From Alphaproteobacteria bacterium (GTDB taxonomy: Bacteria > Pseudomonadota > Alphaproteobacteria > Bin95), in NCBI GenBank assembly GCA_963665325.3, contig OZ224045.1, positions 608,001-672,000 on the forward strand: 64,000 nt of DNA, in the 5' to 3' direction. Below the pieces are notes generated by a model. It saw only the letters and a program-made list of their open reading frames with translations, did no database searches and had not been told where the DNA came from. This document shows positions 1 through 7,367 of this stretch, piece by piece. The position numbers were made by a program, and so were the translations under genes. Every line of letters starts with the position of its first letter. Position 1 is the first letter of the stretch.

Positions 1-11
1 CGCGCGCGGGA

Positions 12-666
12 GGCCATGCGGGGCCATGGCGGTGACGATCCGCGAGTTGCGCGCGAAACTCGCTCGCTCCAACAACCGCATGGCCCCCGTTGGCACCGAA
101 AGGCCCCGCAAGGGCACGGGATGGACCCCCATGGCACGCCTGCATCAACGATGCGTGGGGTGTGAAGCCGAAGCCGCCCCGGGCGGTCGGGACGGCCGAA
201 TCGGCAGCATCGATGTTCGGGAAATCGTCGCCGGGGAACCCGGCGGAGGGGAGCCACCACGGCGCTTGAGTGGCGGCTGGCGCGGACACCGCGAAGGGGC
301 GCGGTGTCGAGCGAAGTGACGGCGGGCGCGGCGCGAGCGCCGTCACGAGCACCGGCGGAAGTGCCGGGCGCTCCGCGGGCGGCGGTGCGCGCCGATCGCG
401 ACAGCGGGCGCGCGCAAGTGCATCGGCTGGCGATCGGGCCGACGATCGGCACGGCCGACGGCGGCGAGGGCAGCGGTGCGAAGCACCCTGCCGGGGATGC
501 CGATCATGACGATTGCCATGATGATCGTCGCGACGGTCGCAACGACCGTCGGCGATGGCGAGCGGCGCGAAGCGCGCGAGGATGACGGTGCTGCCGCAAC
601 GCCGTCGGTCGGGAAACGAAACGGGCCGCGCCGCCGTCCCGATGCCGGGATGACGACGCGGCCCGT
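12..666 (+). other. Large structured non-coding region (ssDNA element or ncRNA)
   Basis: Nested inverted repeats 187-196/633-642 and 202-212/586-596 plus many local hairpins; no credible ORF. Confidence 0.55.
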
Positions 667-679
667 CGACGCGCTGCGG

Positions 680-1606
680 TCAGACGCGGCAGACCGGGAT
701 GCCGAGCGAGCGCGCCTTGTCGACGAGGTTCTCGGTGATGCCCGAACCGGGGAACGCGATGACGCCCTTCGGCAGGAGTTGCAGCAGCTCGTCGTTGCGG
801 CGGAACGGGGCGGCGCGTCCGTGACGGTCCCAGTCGGGCTTGCAGACGACCTGGTGGACGCCGTTGCGCTCGGCCCAGCTTGCCGCGATCTTCTCGACGC
901 CGGGGCCGCCGCCATGGACCAGCACCATGTCGCCATGCTTGGCGCGGGTCTTGTCGAGCATGCGGATGACCGCGCCCGGGTCGGCGACGTCCTTGCCGCC
1001 GGCGATGGCGACGAGGGTTCCCTGCGGCAGATGCGCCATGGTCTTGCGGTCCTTCCTCGCGCGCTGGTAGTCGCGGGCGTCGATGGCCGCGCTGGTCAGC
1101 CTGCCGGTCTCGGAGACGTGGCTGCCGCGCCTCGGACGCCAGACGCTACCCGTCGCGTTGCGGTAGGCGTCGGCGGCGGTGTCGCGCAGGGTCTCGAAGG
1201 CGTCGCGGCGGTCGGTGAGGCACTGCGAGCGGTGGGTGGTCATCTCCAGTTCGAGCGACTTGATCTCGGTGCCGTCCTGCGCGCGCTGGAGGTCGCGGAG
1301 TTCGGGCATCAGCTTGTCGGCGGCGCGGTCGAGGCGCCGGGTCTGGGCGTCGAGCATGTTGACGAAGCCCCAGAGCAGGCTCTCGCGTTCGTCGGCGATC
1401 TGGAACCCGTCGGGTGCGACGCCCTCGACCAGGATGCGGAAGGCTTCGCTCACCGCGTCGGTGGCGTCGTCGGCGTCCCAGACCTCGCGGCTGTCGAATT
1501 CGTCGCGCTCGGGTGTCGCGCCGAAGAGCTGCGCCTGTTCGCAGGCGGTTGCGGTGACGGACCGGTCCTGCGCTTCGATGGTGTCGATGTTCTCGATGAG
1601 GGTCAT
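680..1606 (-). CDS. DUF2493 / YspA-related SLOG family protein
   Basis: C-terminal VAIAGG...VLVHGG...W(A)ERNGV...PDWDRHGRAAPFRRNDELL...IAFPGSGITENL motifs; AAGGAG RBS before ATG at 1606. Confidence 0.85.
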   Translation of the reverse strand: MTLIENIDTIEAQDRSVTATACEQAQLFGATPERDEFDSREVWDADDATDAVSEAFRILVEGVAPDGFQIADERESLLWGFVNMLDAQTRRLDRAADKLMPELRDLQRAQDGTEIKSLELEMTTHRSQCLTDRRDAFETLRDTAADAYRNATGSVWRPRRGSHVSETGRLTSAAIDARDYQRARKDRKTMAHLPQGTLVAIAGGKDVADPGAVIRMLDKTRAKHGDMVLVHGGGPGVEKIAASWAERNGVHQVVCKPDWDRHGRAAPFRRNDELLQLLPKGVIAFPGSGITENLVDKARSLGIPVCRV

Positions 1607-1650
1607 GACGATCTCCTTGCGATCGGTTGCACGTACCGGGGCCGATCCCC

Positions 1651-1888
1651 GTCGTGATGTCCTGTTGGGAACCGCGCGCGCAGCGGAAGCACCTGGGCCT
1701 AGAAGCACTTGGGGCGGAGTGGTGCGGAAAGTCGCCGAGTGGTGCGGAAGATCGCTCTGCGATCTTCACGGTCGGCGACTTTCACGGTCCGCCCCTAGAG
1801 CTTCTTGTCCAGGCCGGAGGGAGCTTGCGACCGGAGGACCCGCAGGGTTGCTGTAGCGAGCACGTGGATCACAATGGGACTTCACGAC
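1651..1888 (+). promoter_or_regulatory. Long imperfect hairpin, candidate single-stranded-DNA (Frpo-like) promoter for the DUF2493 gene
   Basis: Stems 1651-1667/1872-1888, 1711-1718/1788-1795, 1727-1738/1772-1783 and 1747-1755/1759-1767; distal arm reads TTGCTG-N16-CACAAT. Confidence 0.6.
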
Positions 1889-1969
1889 GAGGCGAATATC
1901 TCTCCACCTGCACGGCCCCCATCGGCGGTTCGGTCCGGCACGGCGTTCGAAAGGAAGCACGGCGGCGCG

Positions 1970-2311
1970 TCACGCATCGGACCTTTCGGCCAGCGTCTGT
2001 GCCGCCCAGGCGGCCGCCCGTTCGAGCACCTCGCCGTGGCAGGAATGTCCGTCGCCCGCGCACCAGCACGCCAGCCAGCAGCCGTCGAGCTCGGCAAGCT
2101 CTTCGAGCGTGACCTCGCCGGCGCGGATCTGCCGCCAGAGATGAACGCGGTAGCGGGCGACGGCCTCGGCATGCGAGACTCCGCCCGTCACGCGAAACGG
2201 GTTGCCCCACTTCGTGCGGCGGTCGATCAGCACGGTGTTGTTCACCACCTGCGCATATTCGAACGCCTCGCGCAGCTTCGGTTCGTGCCTGAGATTGATG
2301 ACGGCCTCCAT
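1970..2311 (-). CDS. DUF4326 domain protein
   Basis: IDRRTKWGNPF...L(A)CWC...CHGEVL signature; GAGGAGGGAG RBS. Confidence 0.85.
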   Translation of the reverse strand: MEAVINLRHEPKLREAFEYAQVVNNTVLIDRRTKWGNPFRVTGGVSHAEAVARYRVHLWRQIRAGEVTLEELAELDGCWLACWCAGDGHSCHGEVLERAAAWAAQTLAERSDA

Positions 2312-2512
2312 GACTCCCTCCTCGCTCATTGTCGGCTTGCCCGACTCCGTGCTTCTCTCTCCTCCAGCCGGCAGGCACGACGACCGCGGCGGCGGCGTCC
2401 GCCCCCGGCCGGTCGAGGCGCCTGGCCGGGGGCGGGCTCGAAGCCGGCTGCAAAAGAAACAGGCGACCGCCGAAGCAGCCGCCTGAGTTGGGAGGGAGGA
2501 TGCAGTCAGGGC

Positions 2513-2977
2513 TCAAAAGGGAATTTCGGAGCCCAAGTCGTCGCCCTGCGCCGGAGCGCCGCCGGCCGGTACGGTCTCGCCGTTCGCCGACTCCTGCGCG
2601 GCCCGGGCGCCGTTCCCGTTGGCCCCGTTCGGGCGATCCAGGAACTGCACCCTGTGGCCGGGCACGACCAGGATCTCGGTCGAGAAGCGGTCGGAGTCCT
2701 CGCCGTCCTTCTTCCAGCGGCGGGTCTGCAACTTGCCCTCGGCGTGGACCAGGCGGCCCTTCTTCGCATGGCGCACCAGCATGTCGATCAGCCCGTCCTG
2801 GAAGGTCACGACCCTGTGCCACTCGGTCCTGTCGACCTTCTCGCCGTCGCGGTTGAAATACGACTCGTCGGTGGCGATGCTGAGATTGGCCACGCGGCCC
2901 CCGCTCATCAGCTGGTTGACGGTGACGTCGGCGCCGAGGCGGCCGATCAGCTCGACGCGGTTCATTCCGAAGCTCAT
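2513..2977 (-). CDS. ssb: Single-stranded DNA-binding protein (element-encoded)
   Basis: NRVELIGRLGAD, TEWHRVV, EGKLQTRRW, acidic C-terminal EIPF tail. Confidence 0.95.
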   Translation of the reverse strand: MSFGMNRVELIGRLGADVTVNQLMSGGRVANLSIATDESYFNRDGEKVDRTEWHRVVTFQDGLIDMLVRHAKKGRLVHAEGKLQTRRWKKDGEDSDRFSTEILVVPGHRVQFLDRPNGANGNGARAAQESANGETVPAGGAPAQGDDLGSEIPF

Positions 2978-3078
2978 GACGATGCTCCTTCAGTTCTCGA
3001 TGTTGACGATGGTCGAGCGGCGGGACCGGAGAACGCTCTCCCCAGCCCCTTTCCGCTCATCTTCTCCGAAGCCCTCCT

Positions 3079-3234
3079 CTAACTCCGGTCCGCCGGGGCC
3101 TCGCGGTCGGGGCAGCGCCGGGCCCGGTCTTCGCTCAGCGCGTCCCTGACCGAGCGGGCGTCCAAGCCTATTTCGGCGAGGGCGGCGTCGGCGGCGGGGC
3201 CGACAGGGTCGTAATCGGTGTCGAAGGCAAACAT
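3079..3234 (-). CDS. Small hypothetical protein (51 aa, MFAFDTDYDPVG...), absent from the ORF track
   Basis: Read by hand; GGGAG RBS and ccatcATG context like neighbouring genes; co-oriented with them. Confidence 0.5.
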   Translation of the reverse strand: MFAFDTDYDPVGPAADAALAEIGLDARSVRDALSEDRARRCPDREAPADRS

Positions 3235-3405
3235 GATGGGATCTCCCGTGCCGCGCCCGGCCGCGACGGAAACCCTCCCTCGCTCCCAACCGGGCGCCTT
3301 GCCCGGCGAAAGCCCCTCTCGACCTCCCGGCCGGCCCCCCGGCGGACCGGCGGCCCCTGCTCCGACCGCAACGGGCGGGAAGTGCTGCCGCGATACCGGG
3401 CGGCT

Positions 3406-3672
3406 TCAGTGCAGGGTGCTGCCGTTCATGCCGCCGGCACCCGCCCGCAAGCAGCGCGCGGCGAATGCGGTCCAGGCGTTTCGGTCGAGGCCGAGCGCCC
3501 GGTTGAGGGAATCGCATACGGCCAGGCCGTCGGTCCGGTTCAGGGCGACCAGCGCGGTGGGGATGGCGAAGCCGAAGCCCTCGACCAGGATGCGAATCTG
3601 CGGCGGCTCGCCGTCGTCGTCGGCGGCGGGATAGAAGCAATAGGCGGGGTTGTCGGGCAGACGGGCGGTCAT
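3406..3672 (-). CDS. Hypothetical protein (88 aa)
   Basis: GAAGGAG RBS before ATG at 3672; globular-looking sequence. Confidence 0.65.
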   Translation of the reverse strand: MTARLPDNPAYCFYPAADDDGEPPQIRILVEGFGFAIPTALVALNRTDGLAVCDSLNRALGLDRNAWTAFAARCLRAGAGGMNGSTLH

Positions 3673-3792
3673 GATGGAAACTCCTTCGGTGGGGTCCGGG
3701 CCGGCGGGCGCACGGCCGGCCACACGCATGTCGGACGGGGGGGCGGCGGGCCGGCGGCGCAGCAGGGGATGGGTCCGCTGCGCCGCGCGGGA

Positions 3793-5055
3793 TCACCAGG
3801 GCGGAGCGGTCATCGTCGCCATCGGGCTGATGTCGGCGACCACCTCCACCTCGTCGCGCGAGAGCCTGGCGAAGGCGAGGCAGAGCGCGACGTCGGCCTC
3901 GCTGTCATAGGGGCCGTGCTCCCGGCCGGTGGCGATTTCGATCACCGTCCAGCTCGGGTCCCAGATCGGGATGCCGCGGAATGCCCCCGAGCCCTCGCGG
4001 TGCTTGCGGGAACAGGGCTCGCAGCGCGCCACCCCCGGCGAGGGCGTGTTGCATTCGACGCAGCGGCCCCTGGCCCGCCGCTCGGCGTAGCGCCGGCGGC
4101 GGGCAGCGTATTCCGCCTCGCGGTCGCGCCGCTCCTCCTTGGCCACGGCGCAGGGCGCGCAGTAGGCCGCGCCGCCGTAGGTGGGGGTTTGGCACTTGAC
4201 GCAGACCCCGGCGGCTCTCCGGGCATCGTAGCGGGCGCGCGCGGCGTCGCGGCAGGCCTGGCACTCGGCGGCCCCGCCGGCCGGCCTGCCGCAGGTCGTG
4301 CAGTCGCCCCTGGCTCTCCGTTCGGCATAGCGCCGGCGGTCGGTTTCCCGCTTGGTCTTCAGGTTCCGCCGCCCTTCCTTGGCCACGGCGCAGGGTTCGC
4401 AATAGGCCTTGCCGTCCGCCGCGGGCGCCGTGCAATTCACGCACAGGCCGGCGGCGCGGCGCTCGCGATGGCGGGCCCGGGCGGCGTCGCGGCGGTCGTC
4501 CCGGCACGGCTCGCACATCGATCGTCCCTCTTCGGGCGGGACGGCACCGCAGCGGATGCAAAGACCGGCCGCGAGGCGGGCTTCGCTGCGCCGGCGGCTG
4601 CCCTTCCGGCCGGCCCGGCGCCGGGCTACCGGGTCGCGTCCGCCATACGGTATCCCCTCGGCCTTGGCCCTGGCGTGACGAGCGCGGTCACGGGCGCGGT
4701 GCTTCTCCGCGCAGGGCTCGCAGGTCGTGCGATCGGGCCGCGCCGGAGCCCGGCCGCATTTCGTGCAGATGCCGGCGGCCTTGCGCTCGGCGTGCTGGCG
4801 GCGACCACGCTCACGCTCGTAGCGCTTCGCCTGTTCCGGGTCGCGTACGGGCTTGCCCTCGGCCCGGAGCCGGGCGGACCGCGCGCGGTCGGCGGCGCGG
4901 CACCTCTCCGCACAGGGCTCGCAGAGCGTGCGCTCGGGCGCGGGCTCGGTCTTGCCGCATCGCACGCAGAGCCCCGCTGCGCGACGCTCAGCGGTTCGCC
5001 GGTGATAGCGCGCAAGGTCGTTCCTGCGCCGGGCCTCGATATCGCGGTAAGCCAC
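3793..5055 (-). CDS. Arg-rich protein with seven tandem CxxC-x9-11-CxxC zinc-finger-like repeats
   Basis: GTG start with GGAAGGAGG RBS; seven A(A/R)GxCxxC...CxxC units. Confidence 0.85.
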   Translation of the reverse strand: MAYRDIEARRRNDLARYHRRTAERRAAGLCVRCGKTEPAPERTLCEPCAERCRAADRARSARLRAEGKPVRDPEQAKRYERERGRRQHAERKAAGICTKCGRAPARPDRTTCEPCAEKHRARDRARHARAKAEGIPYGGRDPVARRRAGRKGSRRRSEARLAAGLCIRCGAVPPEEGRSMCEPCRDDRRDAARARHRERRAAGLCVNCTAPAADGKAYCEPCAVAKEGRRNLKTKRETDRRRYAERRARGDCTTCGRPAGGAAECQACRDAARARYDARRAAGVCVKCQTPTYGGAAYCAPCAVAKEERRDREAEYAARRRRYAERRARGRCVECNTPSPGVARCEPCSRKHREGSGAFRGIPIWDPSWTVIEIATGREHGPYDSEADVALCLAFARLSRDEVEVVADISPMATMTAPPW

Positions 5056-5140
5056 AACGGCCTCCTTCCTGCCAATCCGGGAGTGGACGGAAGGACGCCC
5101 CGCCGCCAGCAGGCCGGCAGGACGTCCGGGAAGGAGGCCG

Positions 5141-5467
5141 TCAGCCCTTCTGCTTGCGGTCGCACAGGATTCCGGCGGCGATCGAACCCCAGACCTGCAT
5201 GCCGCCGCGGGTCTTCAGGCCAGTGCAGATGATGATCTCGGTGCAGGCGGGGCGCATCTCCCGGACCGCCTTCAGCGTGGCCGTGCTGCGTTTGGCCTTG
5301 CGCCGACTCTTCGCCGCGACCGCTTCGGCGGGGGCGGGAACGATGTCGCCGTCCGCGCGGGCCCGGAAGCGCTCGACCACATAGCGGTCGTCGGCCAGGC
5401 CGGTGCCGAAGAAATGAACCAGAAAGGTCTCCGCCGTGTTGCCGGGGATCGCCATGGCTGCCGTCAT
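5141..5467 (-). CDS. Hypothetical protein (108 aa)
   Basis: AAGGAG RBS; co-oriented with the leading-region genes. Confidence 0.6.
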   Translation of the reverse strand: MTAAMAIPGNTAETFLVHFFGTGLADDRYVVERFRARADGDIVPAPAEAVAAKSRRKAKRSTATLKAVREMRPACTEIIICTGLKTRGGMQVWGSIAAGILCDRKQKG

Positions 5468-5953
5468 GGTGCCGTCTCCTTCGTGCCGATGAGGGGAAAC
5501 GGCGGCCGGACGCCCTCCCCGGACATCCGGCCGCCGCCCCGCTCACGGCCAACCCTCCCCTCTTGCCGGCGAGGAGCGCTCGGGCGGGGAGACCGGGATG
5601 GAAGGCGGCGGGCCGGCAACACGTGTCGGGGCGCGGACGCTGGCATTGGTCTGCGTCACGATTGCTGACGGCGGTATTAACCGTGCATCAGCTTATCGCT
5701 GCCCGGCGCGATCGCCCGTGAGTCGGAGCGAAAGATGACCGGGCGTCTGCGGCAGAACGGTTGAGCCCCGCGAGCCAAAGCGACTACAAGGCCACCATGG
5801 GTTTCGTTGCCCACAGGATCGCGAAGGGGTGTCGATGAGCGTGGAACCGGGACCGGCGGGACCGCGTTTCGTGTTACGTTGGTCGCGAGGTATCCGAGGG
5901 CGCGCGAGCGGCGGGCGGAGGTTCGATCGGGCAGGTCTTCAGGGAGCGAGCGC

Positions 5954-6241
5954 ATGAATAAGGCGGAACTTGTCGGCGACGTGGCCGCTCGAACCGGATT
6001 GAGCCGGACGGATGCGGCCGGCGCGGTGGATGCGGTGTTCGAGGCGGTCACCGAGTCGCTTGGCCGGCGGGAGGAAGTGAGGATCGCCGGGTTCGGCCGG
6101 TTCGCCACCAGGTCCCGGCCCGCCCGTACCGCACGCAATCCGCGCACGGGTGAGCCCGTTGCGGTGGCGGCTTCGACCGCGCCGTCGTTCAAGCCGGCCA
6201 GGGCGCTCCGCGAGACCGTGAACGGCGGAGCCTCCTCGTGA
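5954..6241 (+). CDS. hup: HU family DNA-binding protein
   Basis: MNKAELV...V(R)IAGFGRF...ARTARNPRTGE...PSFKPA(R)ALRE. Confidence 0.95.
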   Translation: MNKAELVGDVAARTGLSRTDAAGAVDAVFEAVTESLGRREEVRIAGFGRFATRSRPARTARNPRTGEPVAVAASTAPSFKPARALRETVNGGASS

Positions 6242-6300
6242 GCCCGATCGGACCTTCGGTGCCAGAGTTCGTCATGTGCCGCGTTTGACGTCCGTGCAGA

Positions 6301-6426
6301 ATGCCCAAGGCACGTGATGCAATTCGCCTCGTCGAACGGGAGGGCTGGTCGCTAGTCCGGGTCAGCGATCGCCACCCAGCTTGAAGGGTTACAAATCGCC
6401 CCGGCTCACTGGAAGTGGGACACTGA
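6301..6426 (+). pseudogene. Decayed HicA-like toxin
   Basis: MPKARDAIRLVEREGWSLVR resembles HicA N-termini; GSH motif lost, in-frame TGA at 6382-6384, then TNRPGSLEVGH. Confidence 0.45.
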
Positions 6427-6511
6427 ACTTGATGCCGCACGAAAGTATATGGTGGGCATTTCGCCTGTTTGGTGTGGCGGTACTGCGATAGCGCAAGGAA
6501 GTTCGTGGCTG

Positions 6512-6754
6512 TTACAAGTCCAACCTCCGTAGGAGATCCTGGATGCCGACTCCGTGATGCCGGGCGATGCTCTTCAGGATGCTGGACAGCGTCTTCGCCC
6601 GGAGCGGGTCGTGCAGCGGGATGACCTCATGGTGCTCGCCTCCGGTCTGCGTCGTGATACGCACGTGCGAGCCGCGTTGGCGCACTTGCTCATAGCCGAT
6701 GCGACGAAGCGCCGCCACCAGGGTGGCGCCGCTCACGTCGCGCGGCAACTTCAT
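6512..6754 (-). CDS. hicA: Type II TA toxin, HicA family
   Basis: GYEQVRQRGSHVRI, IPLHDPL, TLSSILK; ATGA overlap with hicB. Confidence 0.9.
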   Translation of the reverse strand: MKLPRDVSGATLVAALRRIGYEQVRQRGSHVRITTQTGGEHHEVIPLHDPLRAKTLSSILKSIARHHGVGIQDLLRRLDL

Positions 6755-6969
6755 GCCACCAGAACCTCGTCCCGTACGAAATGCAGCCGGATCAGGCTCG
6801 GGCGCTCCATGCCGTCGTCGAAGTAGCAGTCCACCGCTTCTCGCACGTTGCGGCGGAGGTCTTCGAGGCTGTCGCCTTGGGTGTGGATGCCAAAGCCGAG
6901 CGCGCCGGCCGAGTAACCACCGTCCAACTCGTCCTCACTGACTTCGAAGATGATCTCCGTCCCGGACAT
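6751..6969 (-). CDS. hicB: Type II TA antitoxin, short HicB family (no DNA-binding domain)
   Basis: DGGYSA...IHTQGDSLEDLRRNVREAVDCYF; GGAG RBS. Confidence 0.88.
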   Translation of the reverse strand: MSGTEIIFEVSEDELDGGYSAGALGFGIHTQGDSLEDLRRNVREAVDCYFDDGMERPSLIRLHFVRDEVLVA

Positions 6970-7367
6970 TGGTGTCTCCACTTGCCGCTACGTTCATGCC
7001 GCCGCATTCGACGACCATCGCCCACAGTCGATCCTACCCTATGCGGAGCGGCGGTCGAGCGGATTCTTGTTTTGTCCGATCCGCGTGGGCGGTTTGCGGA
7101 GCAACGGACAAGGATATGGCTGTCCAGGCCCATGAATTCGGCATGGTTCCGGGGTTGAATTCAGCCGGTCGAATTGAAGACGGGCGCGCTATGGCCAGTC
7201 TGTGAGCCCTCGACAGTCCTGCGCTGAGTCTACCCGTCCAACGCTCCGTGAGCATTACTTACGGCTGGCCGACATGACCATATACAGAAACTGCGTGGGC
7301 CCAGGGGCCAGGGGGCACGGATCATGTCGCCGGTTGTCTGGTAGAATCAAGGAAGCGGGGCGCCTCC

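Noticed and set aside
476-1657. 393-aa + strand ORF, and other long antisense ORFs such as 3382-5232, 7437-9941 and 29624-33754
   Set aside because: Shadow frames opposite well-supported genes, which is expected at this GC content; no motifs of their own.
1717-1789. Direct repeats GAGTGGTGCGGAA and TTCACGGTC as a CRISPR array or iterons
   Set aside because: Only two copies with short spacing; explained as the repeated internal loops of the hairpin. No cas genes or spacer array anywhere in the window.
5540-5950. Possible oriT in the divergent spacer before HU
   Set aside because: No recognisable nic motif and no relaxase in the window.
6990-7367. Short ORFs between hicB and the integrases
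   Set aside because: No RBS, recognisable motif or typical codon pattern; probably junction or remnant DNA.
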